NCBI RefSeq assembly: GCF_030684315.1
Contig: NC_081369.1
Span: forward strand, 2,594,689 to 2,658,688
Length of the DNA stretch: 64,000 bases
Source: Stegostoma tigrinum
Lineage: Eukaryota
Direction of reading: 5' to 3'
This document shows positions 35,820 to 48,300 of this stretch, piece by piece (the stretch's first letter is position 1; every line of letters starts with the position of its first letter). The notes beneath the pieces were generated by a model. The model was not told where the DNA came from and ran no database searches. It was given only the letters and a program-made list of their open reading frames with translations. Position numbers and translations under genes: made by a program.

Positions 35820-37365
35820 AGTGGGTACCTGCATGGGCCCAAGCTATGCCTGCCTCTTTGTAGGGTCCGTGGAACAATCCCTCTTCCAAAGCTACACTGG
35901 CCCTTTCCCCATCTGTTCCTCCGTGACATTGATGACTGTTTTGGCGCCGCCTCCTGTTCCCACCAGGAGCTCGAACAGTTCATCCACTTCACTAACACCT
36001 TCCGCCCCAACCTTCAGTTTATCTCTCTCTCCTTCCTGGACCTCTTTGTCTCCATCTCTGGCATCCACCTGGAAACGGATATCCATTTTAAACCTACCAA
36101 CTCCCACAACTACCTGGAATATTCCTCCTCTCACCCACCTTCCTGTAAAAATGCCATCCCCTATTTCCAATTCCTTTGCCTCCGCTGCATCTGCTCCCGA
36201 GATGAAGCATTCCACTCCTGAACATCGCATATGCCTTTTTTTTTCCAAAAACCACAACTTCCCCTCCACGGTGATCAAAAATGCCCTGGACTGTGTCTCC
36301 TGCATTTCCTGCAACTCATTCCTCACACCCGCTATTCGCAATAATAACCAAAACAGAATCCCCCCTCGTCCTCACGTACCACCCCATCAACTTCCAAATC
36401 CAACGCATCATCCTCCGATATTCCCGCCGTCTGCAATCGGACCCCAAAACCAAAGACATTTTTCCCCTCCCCACCCTTATATGCTTTCCAGAGGGACCAC
36501 TCTCTTCGCGACTCCCTTATCCGCTCCACACTCCCCTCCAGCCCCACCACCCCGGGCACATTTCCCTGCAACCGAAGCAAGTGCTACACCTGCCCCTATA
36601 CCTCCCTCCTCATCCCAATCCCAGGCCGTGGGAAGGCTTTCACATCAAACAGATGTTCTCCTGCACATCTGTCAATGTTATGTGCTGTAACCGCTGTTCC
36701 CGTTGTGGCCTCGTCTACATCGGGGAAACAAAGCAAAGGCTTGGGGATCACTTTGGGGAACACCTACGCTCTGTTCGCAACAGACAACTACACTTCCCAG
36801 TCGCGAGCCATTTCAATTCCACCCGTCCCCACCCCCAGACGACATGCCTATCCTGGGCCTCCTGCTTTGCCACAATGACGCCACCCGAAAGATGCAGGAC
36901 CAGCATCTCATATTTCGCTTGGGAACTCTCTAGCCCAATGGTATCAATGTGGATTTCACAAGCTGCAAAATCTCCCCTCCCCCGACCACTTGCCAAAACC
37001 AGCCCGGCTAGTCCCCGCATCCCTAACCATTCTTCCCACCTCAAGCCCCACACCCATCCCCTACCCATTAACCTCATCCCGCCCCCCTGACCAGTCCGTC
37101 CTCCCTGGACTGACCTATTCCACGCCCCAATTCCCCACCTACATTCACCTTCGCTTGTTCTAACCCCACCTGTTTGACCTGTCTGTCTCCTGTCACCCTA
37201 TCTTCTCCTTTATCCATCTTCTATCCGCCTCCCCCGTCTCTCCATTTATTTCAGGATCCCCATCCCCTCCCCCATTTCTGAAGAAGGGTCCCGACCTGAA
37301 ACCTCAAACTTTCCTGCTCCTCTGATGCTGCTTGGCCTGCTGTGTTCATCCAGCTCCGCACCGTG
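35820..37365 (+). mobile_element. Decayed Penelope-like element (RT C-half + GIY-YIG); copy at 50114-51660
   Basis: GTCMGPSYACLF, FLRDIDDCFG and CGLVYIGETKQRLGDHF in shifting frames. Confidence 0.88.
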
Positions 37366-38074
37366 TTCTGTCCGTTCAGTGCTTTTGTTAATGTGCTGTG
37401 CATAAAAGGAGAGAGAAACGACTGCGTTTGTGCTTCGAAGTGACTTCACTTATGTCAGAATAGGAGGTATATGTATTTAATTAACAGAGGCCCTTTCAAT
37501 CGCCATTTCAATGCAGCAGCTATCTAAAAAATATCAGAGATAGTAGGAACTACCGATGCTGGAGTCTGAGATAACCAGTTTGAGACTGCAGTGTGGATCT
37601 GGAGGAACACAGCAGGCCAGGCAGAATCAGTGCAGCAGGATCCCGACTCGAACGTCAGCTTTCCTGCTCCTCTGTTGGTGCCTGGCCTTCAAAATATCAT
37701 CTTGCGTTTCTGACTACAGGTTCTCATGTTGGATACTAATGGGAGTATCCAGTGCAAGGCCTTCTCAATATGTCGACCTCAAAATTCTAGGAATTGTCAC
37801 ATGTAAGGAACATGTGAGAAATTTGTTTATTCTTTCACGGATAAATTATCGCTGAATGTTCATAAACCGTGATTTTTGACAAGACATCGGCTTAGGATCG
37901 CTACAGCGCAGAAAGAGCCCGTTCGGCTCATCGACTGCACACTAGCGCTGCGAACAACATCCCATCCAATGGCCAGAGTGAATATTCATCAAATATATGA
38001 TTTACCTCTGATATTTAATAAGCCCTGGTGTTGTCCAGACACTAAATAAATTGTTCCTGTCTTTGAATCATATA

Positions 38075-38372
38075 ATGCTTGCAGTGCGGTGGGAGGCCCT
38101 TCCGCCCATCCAGTCTGCACAGATGTTGCAAAGAGCATCCCACCCAATCCCCGTAAACCCACATTAACCATGGCTCACCCGCCTCTTCTACACACACCAG
38201 GTCAATCCATCTAACCTGCACACCTTTGGGCTATGGGAGGAAGCCGGAGCACTCGGAGGAAATTCACACAGACATGGGGAGTATGTGCAAACTCCACGCA
38301 GACAGTTGGCTGAGGCTGGAAGCAAACCCCATTCGCTGGCGCTATGAGGCTAATGACTGTGCCACCATGCTG
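38075..38372 (-). mobile_element. HE1-like SINE (copy at about 52368-52665)
   Basis: Body matches 7915-8216. Confidence 0.65.
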
Positions 38373-39329
38373 TACAATTGGAAACGTGTGATAACATGGT
38401 TAATAAACTGATAGAATTATTTGAGACAATAAGGTGCGGAGCTCGATGTACACAGCAGGGCAAGCAGCATCAGAGGAGCAGGACAGCTGACGTTTCGGAT
38501 TGGGCTTGGAAGTGAAGTAATCCAATGTAGATTTAGAATCCTCAAGCTAAACAAAGGGGGAAAAAACAGTATTGTGAAGGATGATTTGATTACCATTCGT
38601 GTGTAACTTCATTAAAAGGCATGACGGTGGTGAAGCATTGGTGAATATGTTAGGAATGAATGCAGGCTGTGCAACACCACATCGAGACCTGGTGCAACAT
38701 ATACACTAGGAAGGTTAGAGCAACAATGGCGGGCGATATAAATGTTCATTAATGTGGTGAGACTTGAACCCAGGCTTTCTGGATCAAAAGTACTGCGCTA
38801 TTGTCATCGGCCAGAACCATACTCGGACCAGTGCCTTTGTGGCTGGCATAACTAGGTAAATAGAGAAGGTTTTAAACTGAATCGTGGGGGCAAAGGATCA
38901 CAGGTGGGAAGATGTTGTCTATCAAAAGCAAATGCAAGTGAAGAAGGGAAAATAAGACTAAGGGAAATGAGCGACAAAGAAAGGCACAATTGGCAACAAG
39001 AGACAGTGACAAGGAATGCATTACCAATCAAGTTGATGTACTCCAAAGTTAACAAAAAAAGAAGAAACTAGAGCATTGTCGAAGTAAGTTAGCCCATTGA
39101 GTCCATAACAACTCCTGAAGAGCATCCCACACCAGACTCACACTCCCAACCCTATCCCTGTAACCCAGTATATCCCAAGGCTAATACACTTGTCTTGAAC
39201 AATCCCAGACAACATAGACAAGTTTGCATGGCCATTCCGCCTAACACGCGCATCTTCGGACAGTAGGAGGAAACCGCACACCCAGAGGAAACACGCGCAG
39301 ACAAAGGCGGAGTGTGCAAACTCCACCCA

Positions 39330-42300
39330 GTACTGCCATCGCCAAAGTCCCCGGGGAGTAGGAAGGCAGTGTGAAACTTACATATTAAATATAAATATAT
39401 ATCTGCAGGTTTTCGTCACCAGTTAGCTTTAATTAATGCATTTGTAGTGTAATCGAACAGTTGTAATTCAGATATGTAAAGTACTTTTACACAATATATT
39501 ATATATATTGAAATATGTTAGTAATCATTTTGACCAGAATTTAAAGAGCCAGTTACTTTGGCTGTGGAAGCATTCTGTGTCCCGGGATGGTCCTGTAATA
39601 GAGATTAGTAGGAACTGCAGATCTTGAAGAATTGGAGATAACAAGATGTAGAGCTGGATGAACACAACAGGCCAAGAAGCAGCAGAAGAGCATGAAGGCT
39701 GACGTTTCAGGCCCAGACCCTTCTTCAGAAATGCTGAAGAAGAGCCTAGGCCTGAAATGTCAGTCGTCCTGCTCCTCTGATGCTGCTTGGCCTGTTGTGT
39801 TCATCCAGCTCCATATCTTGTTATCTCATGATCCTGGAAAAATTGGTTCCGTGTGTTAGTGGCCAGTTGTCTGTGGAGAGACCACTTAGTTTTGGGAAAG
39901 GGATAAGGAGCACGATCCCAAGGGATAATTCTGTGCCATTAAGAACTGTCTGGGGGAAATAGGTTTCCCAATGAAAACCAAGGGCATTATCCACATGGGG
40001 TGCATCCTGCTGAGTGGCCTCCTGTATGATGCCCCGGGAGGTGCGAGGTGTAAAGGAGGTGAATGGGACATTGACGCTGTGCTGGTGAGGGCGGCTCAGA
40101 CCGCTCAGGAAAGAACAGATAAAGCCGAGTAAGAAGCAGATGAGTGCAGCCTGCAACAGAAACAAAAAGTACTGGAAATCACTGCGGGTCAGGCAGCATC
40201 CACAGAGAGAGAGCAAGCTAATGTTTCGGGTCGAGACGACCCTTCATCAGAGCTGGTGAAGCCTGGAGGGGGCAGGATTAATACAATGGTGGGCATTTCG
40301 GGGAGTGGGGGTATAGTGCTAGGGATAAACGGTGTTGACAGTGCAGTTTAAGTGATCCGAATGTGAGAAGGGAAGGACGTTGGTGTGTCCAACTGCAGGC
40401 CTGGTAAGAACAGACAATCAAACTGTATAAGCTGCAACAAAAACAAAGTTGCTGGAAAAGCTCAGCAGGTCTGGCAGCCTCTGTGAAGGAGAAAACACAG
40501 TTAACATTTCGGCCCATTGTTGATAGGGCCCTCAGTCAGGTCCGACCCATCTCCCGCACTGCTGCCCTCACCCCTTCTCTTCCCTCCCGCAGCAGCAATA
40601 GGCTTCCCCTGTTCTCACCTGCTATGCCACCGACATCCACATCCAGAAGATCATCAGACACCATTTCCACCACCTCCAGCAAGATGCCACCACCAGACAC
40701 ATATTCACCTCCCCTCCCTTGCCCACCTTCCACAGGGATCATTCTCTCTGGGAAACCCTGGTCCACACTTCCTTCAGTTCCAACACCTCCACACAGCCAT
40801 ACGGTACCTTCTCCAGGAACTGGCGAAAGTGCAATGCCTGCGTATTTACCTCCTCCCTCCTCAGTATCCAAGGGCGCAAACGTCCCTTCTAGGTGAAGCA
40901 ACACTTCACCAGCACTTCCTAGAATCTAGTCTACTGCATTCGCTGCACACAATGTGGTCTCCTCTACATTGGAGAAACAAAGCATAGACTTGACGACCGC
41001 TTGGAAGAACATCTACGCTCTGCTCACAAAAAAGATCCTGAACAACCTGTTGCCTGCCAGTTCAATGCACCATCTTGTTCCCTGGCCAGCATCTCTGTCT
41101 CCTGCTTGCTACAGCATTCCAGTGAAGCCCCGCACAAGCTGGAGGAACAACACCTCATTTTCCACTTGAAGTCTCTACAGCCCTCCAGACTCAATATTGA
41201 GTTCAATAATTTTAGGGCCCAAACTCTCCCACATCCCAGCCCGTCACCCCACACACCAGACCTTGTTACCACATAGCCTGCCTTTACACACCCCTTGTTG
41301 ACAGTCACGAACAGTCCCCATTAACGACTATTCACCCTCCCAGCCTGATCATTAGCAACTCCTTTGTCTGACCAACTGTTTCTCTCTCTCTTTGTGCTCG
41401 ATCTTATCGTTTACTCCCTATCCCACCACCTCCCTATTTTCGGCACATAAACGGTAATTTTCCCAGCCACCATCAGTTCTGCGGAAGGGTCACTGGACCC
41501 GAAACGTTAGCTCCGTTTTTCTACTCCACAGAAGCTGCCAGACCTGCTGAACTTTTCTGGCAACTTTGTTTTTGTTAACGTTTCGGGTCCAATGACCCTT
41601 CCTCAGATCTGCCCCTTAGAACCGGGGTTGAAAACCCATCAACCCCTCCCATGGTCTGAGACCCCAATTCCGTCTTAGATGCTCCTTCTCAGAAAAACAT
41701 GAGAATACCTCAGAGTTCCTTCTGTACCCTACGTGAGAGAAACTGGAACAGATGTGGACAGAGAGTAATCGCCTCGACTGGGAAGGTGATCGGAACACTG
41801 AGATGTGACCAATAGTGGGAATTAATGCAGGGTCCCAGGGGCAAAACATCTCTGACAGAATTCATTGGAGAAATGGAAATAAACAGCACATTGTGCTCTT
41901 GCTTGATACCTTCCAGAAACTTGGGAACTAAAGTGACAATGAATAGATTTGAGAGAACAGAACCACTGGCACTTTGGGCACTGGTGTGATTGGCAAAGGG
42001 GAATGCACCACTGTGGATGTTATCTATGTTAATATGCAGTGTAAACGAAAATATTGTTGGGATGGATGTTGTTGTGGGCATCAAAATCTGAACTCCAATT
42101 GGAAAGTCTTGTTTTTGTGAATGAAGGATGAATGCAGTAGTTAGGAAAGCGAACTGGGACCTCAGTACATTCCATTCTTTCATGAATAATTAATGGGAAG
42201 CAGCATTGAGGGCACAAGGAGATCACAGACACTAGTGAAGGGTTTGCGTCAGCAGGGTTGTATGACCTGTTGTCTTCCTGTATAACTGCCTTGTGTGGTC

Positions 42301-45300
42301 AGTCCAGAAATCGGGTGATAACTGGAGAATGATGGTCATTGACTGATAGTTAGCCAACACACCCCAGCATTGGCCATTGGTTCTCCCAGAGATTATAGCA
42401 TTGCCAGAGCAACTGTTGTTGGGAACTGATGAATGGATTGCAGGAATCTATCTCCCTAATACTTTCATCCCCTTGATGGTAATTCACAGAATCAATTTGC
42501 TTTCACTCGGTTTGTGGGTTACGCAGGGTGACTAGCACATGCCAACTCTATGCCATGGTTTAATTGCTAGGATCTGGAGATGTTCCCTCTCTCCAGTGAT
42601 AGAAAATCCCTTTCTATAGATGATATATTGCCACACGGCCCTTCAGAGGAAGCAATAGCTGAAGATACGACTACTTTGACTCAGTACGTACGGAATGAAG
42701 GCTGCGAAATTAATCCTAAAGAAATCCAGCGACCAAGCCGGTGTGTTATTTTGATGAGAATACAATGGGCCGGGGGGAGCAAGTGATCCCTGACAAAGTG
42801 CGCAATAAAATCATTGAGTTGCGGGCCTGGACGGCGAAAGAAATGACCCAAAGTTTTAGAGCGAAGTGCAGTTATTGAAAAGGCATGTCCCTCACTTAAT
42901 CTAATTACACCTCACCATTGAACTGATTTCTTACCCTGACTTGGAGGCACAGATCCTGAGAGAGATGTTGTCTGGCAGTGGCTCATATGCGGGGTGATTA
43001 GCTGCTGTGTCAAAATGCAACAGAGATAAAGGGTCACAAACCATCTTGGGGATTATTACGGTGAGCCAAGAATTCAGCTACATTAAATTCTATACAGTTT
43101 CTCCATCTTCAGTACTTGTATGACACCTGCACCCCAAAGTGAATATTGTTTTAACTGCAACAGTGGAAATAACTAATGGAAATTAATAACCTTCCCGTTG
43201 CCACTTGGAATACGCACGATAAACTTTACAGAGGTGAGGCAGGAGAATGTACTCATCACTATTCTACGTAGCGCAGAGGCAGGAAAAGTTGTGTGAACGT
43301 CCGTGGGAATTGAGACTCTCCAAAATGGAACGGCTAAAGTTGGGCAAGTAACTAAGAAAACTGTGAAACGACTTGCTGCATGGGCCAAACCATTAGCCCA
43401 CAGAGATTTAGCAAATTGGTTTTTGAGCGACAAAGTGAGGAAGTTTGCGAAAAGCACCATTTCGGAAATGTATTACACCCAGATAAATCTTCGTGCTGAA
43501 GCTAACTGAATACATTGTAACCTGCTTGAGCTGTATATTTTAGCACAATTATGTCAAATCAACCAACGCATTGCTATCCAGAAACCTGTTGTCGAGGAGA
43601 AAAATATTTCACCTTGCTTTTACCAACTTAACATTTATGCCTGATTTGTTAAATGGTCATTACACTGTCACAGTATGTCATGATATCATTTTTTAAAAAC
43701 AAGAACACGGCAGCAAATATGGTATCTGTCTATCACCCTCCCTCTTCTGTCTTGGTTATGCCATGGACAACTGTGTTTTATAGGAAATGGCTGGACAACA
43801 ACAAGCAGACCCACTGGGAACAATGACCAGTAGGCCTGGGGTGCCCCTTGTATTTTCGCTACCTTTGAAAGATGATATAATCGTCTCAGAATTTGGCCTG
43901 AACCACAAATTTGTTTCCAGCACTCATATTGTCTTCCTCAATGACAAGAAAGAGGAACAATCTGCCAATCTACTTTGGGACAAAATACATATTATGTGTG
44001 AGGAAATGAGACATAAGCACTATATAATCAAAGAATGAAAGGCGATAACTGAGTATCGAGTAGGGTATCTCCCCATGTGATTTTTAAGAAATTGCAAGCT
44101 CTCCTTGCCAATCGTAAAGATTTCCCACTTGGTAAGAGTGCACTGGGGCTTCTAACATCAAGAAACTGCCATGACTGACAGCCATGACCAATTGATTTGC
44201 AAAGCAGACGATTTAGGAACCATTACCATGCATCATTAGTGGGTCATATTTAATGGGTTGTCGCCAAAAGCTTCTGCAGTGCTCACTGTTAGAGTATCCA
44301 ATTGTTTATTTTATTTTTAATTGGTCATTTCTTGTTTTTTATGTACCTGTGCAATGGTCTGAAAACTATATTGTAAGTACAACCAAACTGTAGCTGCTGA
44401 GCAGCATGTACATACTTGTATACAGTTTTCATAATCTAGTTTGAAGACATCAATGGATATTGCATAGAGTGGTCTTAAAAATGATATCGCCAAACCAGAC
44501 CATTCAGGGCTAATCATTCATGGTTAACTGAGCATGAAAATCAGCAATTGAGGGTAAGTGGAAAATGACAGGTTTTGTGCAAAATCAGCCTTCTTTGGCT
44601 GGGAGGTAACTGCATGACCTTGGCTGGGTGGGAAACAGAATAATGTGCAGTTAAAAAGGAGCCATCAGGAGTTTTTTTTTTCCCAGCTTGTTTTCTGTAC
44701 AGTGGAATACCAGGAAAGTTTTGTCATTGCTATGAAATGGTGCTATAGCATGGAACAGTAGATTCAGAGCAGTATCAACATCGGGGACTTTGCCCCGGTC
44801 ATTAGACTTTCACTGTTGGGCTGGAGTTCATGAGACAAACACCGTGGAATCTGAGATAGAGTCCCATGTGCTGTCATCGCCAAGGTCCCCGCCGAGTCCG
44901 AAAGGCAGTATGAGAATCATATGTTTAACATATATCTGAACATATGAACATCTGAACATCTTAACCTATGTGGAAAGACTTGATTGCCCTGGGGATGGTG
45001 AAGAAGAGATGAATTTTTACAGGGAAAGACAACAGGTTTTGAGCGAAATTGAGGATTGATTTTTCACCAAGACGGTGTTGAGCAAAAGGAATGCAATGCC
45101 TGGGAGGGGAGTGCAGTCGGAAAGCTTTCAGAAATGTACATGGACTAGCACTTCAACTGTCATTCCATTCAAGCCTAAGCGTAAAGTGCTGGTAAGTGTG
45201 ATTCGTGTAAATAGGTGGGCTGCGCCCAATGGGCCAAAGGGCTTTTTTCTGTCCTGTGTAACCTGATGATTTTCCTCTCATAGACGGTAAGGGCTGCAGA

Positions 45301-48300
45301 TGCTGAAGCAACAATCAATAAATGTGGAGGTGGAAAAATACAGCTGGTCTGACAGCACGCGAGGAGCAGGATAGTCGTCGTTTCCGGCCGAAACCTTTCG
45401 AGCGTTTGCCGCTCCACATTTGTTGATATTCCTCCCTGTTCCCGTTGCCCCTTTATAACATTTCCAGTTTATTTGTTTTTTTAAATTTAACACTGAACTT
45501 ATATTCGGAAATGAATTACAACATTTTGCATTTAATCAAAATTATCGGACCGCTCCATAACGAATATCCATTATTGGCTGTCTCCAATGTGACAATATAC
45601 TGCACATGTTCGGAATAAGATGAAGAAAATCAAACTTTAACCACAAAATGCCAAATTTATGGATTGACATAATTAAGGGCAGTTGACCGTAGTATTCACT
45701 TAGTGCTTTGTGAACATTTTCAAACAATATCTGAAAGATCAATGTACATCGTGTCATACAATCTTACCTTCTTTTGTAACAGTGTAGCTGGCATTAACTG
45801 GAAATGTGCTCGAAACGTGATAGACTTGACACATGTAGACTGTGTCACTTTCGGGTGTATTTCGCACGTCCAAGGAGCTGACAACTTCATAAAGTCCGTC
45901 ACCTTTTGCCTGTTTAATATTTCTAAATCCAGTGAAGATTTGTGTACCGTTTCTGTGCCAAGTAAGGTTATAGTCTTCTGGATAAAACCGAGATGTCCTG
46001 CATTGCAGCTTGAAAGAAGCGGATGGAGTGTCTTCAGAACGTATTGACGCAAGTTTGAGAGGAGCTGGTGAAGCTGCATTGTAAATAGCAACATTTAAAT
46101 GAATGTGGACATTACACTTCTACTCCAAAACTTAAACTGTTTATTGAACTAACCAACTCCCACTTCTGGGAATGGCAGCTGCATTGATCGTCAATATTTA
46201 CACTGGTCGGGGTTGCTATTACGACTATCATGTAGCGACCTTCTAATGCAATTGATACATCACCTTTATGTTCAGCAAAATTGGATACGACGTTGTGTCT
46301 CTATGAATACAAACATGTTTGAGTTTTCATACTCTACACTCCTCGCAATCAGATGCTTGGTAACTGGATCACAGAAAATGAGGGGAACAGGAATTTGGCT
46401 TTTCAAAGTTGAAAACAAAATGACATTTAAAGTGCTTAATATTGCTGATAAGCTCCAGACAATTCATTCTGTTACTCCATGCTTAAATCGTAAAAAAAAA
46501 TGTTCACCTGGAAGTCTTAGATGAGATTAGATTTTCTACAGTGTGGAATCAGGCCCTTCGGCCCAACAAGTCCACACTCTCCCTTGCAGCATCCCAACCA
46601 GACCCATCCCCTATATGCAACAAACCCCTGATCACCACAGGCAATTTAGCATGGCCAATCCACCCAGCCTGAACATCTTCGGACTGTGGGAGGAAACCGA
46701 AGTCCCCGGAGGAAACCCACCAGACACGAGGAGAATGTGCAAACTCCACGCAGACAATCGCCCGAGGCTGGAATCGAACGCGCGTCCCTGCTCTTGTGAG
46801 GCTGCACTGAGCCACCGTGCTGCCCCAAATCGCTTGCAATACAAGACAAATCCCAATACGATTTGCTGATAGAGTGTAATTGCTGAAATGTGTAGTGTCG
46901 CTAATGATCGTTTGCTTTTCTTTCCATATTATTGAACATGATGTTGCAAAGAAGTGAATGATTTATGTTCACTTATATTTAAGAAAATGTAACTGCTAAC
47001 TCACGTTCACTGTCTATTGGAACTAAGACCAAACGTTTACTGGGGTAACACTAACCGTAGACAACGAGTTGTGCAGCGGATATGTCAATAACTGTTCTGT
47101 GCTGATTTTTGGCTATACAGTGATATAGTCCAGCATCCAGGACAGTCACATTGAAGAGATAAAGGTAGCCTCTGCGTTCCTTGACTTTGAAGACTTGTTT
47201 GCTGTCTTTCTTCAGTAACATCTTATCACCGTCACGCCACCAGGAAACCGTTGCGCTTGAAAGGTTGCGTTTGAAGGAGAAATCGCATCGCAGAACAGCT
47301 GTTGTATTTATTCGGGTCTTCGTTGGCACGATATGCAGCAGGGCACTGTCCAAAGTGCACACAGCAACTGTTAACAAAAGAAATATACCCTGATAAAATA
47401 GTGAAGCTGGACTGCAATGTGAAATAACATAATTAATCCAATACACTCAAAAAGGGGCGATTTAGCATGTCTTGCTCTTTAAATTCTGCCCCACTGTCTG
47501 ATTTTCTGTCCGAACTGTACTGTTTTCACTGATCAAGAGGATTCGGGAGGACAAGCAAAACTGATGTAAAAGACATATCAGAAAAGTCTCCGATTATCCG
47601 TCAAATATCAGTTCAGTCATTCTTCTGTCTTGATAAAGAACATTTCAAACACTGCCAGAAGAAACATGTACCTGGATATGAAATATACAACAAACATAAA
47701 TTCCACAATGATCCACTCGCAAACATAGCGACTAAGAAAATCTGGCAGATCATACATTGGATGTAAAAAAGAGAACTGATGAAAGTTTGTTGGAAAATCA
47801 GTTATGCATCGATTTTAGTCACTTGCGTCTACATGAAGTCAAGAAGCACGTGACTAATTCCTTGCCGAGCGTGTAATATGCATGGGTTTGCATATCAGAT
47901 CTTGTTGTGGTAACAGTGAGCGGAAGTGATAACACGGACAGACAACTGCAGTTATAGCAAAATGTAGGGCGAGATGGTGAAGCTCCCGCTATTGTCCGTA
48001 TCCACTCACATGACCCACCAGGTTTGGGTACAATGTCAGTCGGACCAATACAAAACTCCATTCCTTAAGTTTTTACCAGTGAACACATGATGAAAATATC
48101 CTTTCCTTAAGAACATTTTTCTCAGAATTTCAGCCGCAGGGTACAACTGAGGCCGTTTCAAAGGAAACACATGTTTCGGTTGCATGGTGGCTCAGTGGTT
48201 GTCACCGCTGCCTCCCAGTTCCAGGGATCCGTGTTCGAGATGGTGACTGTGTCGGGTTTGCACATTCTTCCCGTGTCTGAGTGGGGTTTTTTTTACCGTT

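Larger units (their letters stand above)
25045..39329. repeat. 14.29-kb tandem segmental duplication, unit 1
   Basis: Collinear near-identity with 39330-53622. Junction ctccaccca|gtactgcc at 39329/39330. Confidence 0.95.

Noticed and set aside
38852-39055. Hydrophobic ORF as a TM exon for cassettes B or C (copy at 53144-53347)
   Set aside because: No similarity to the two real TM exons and no convincing splice sites. It looks like the antisense of a purine-rich LINE remnant.
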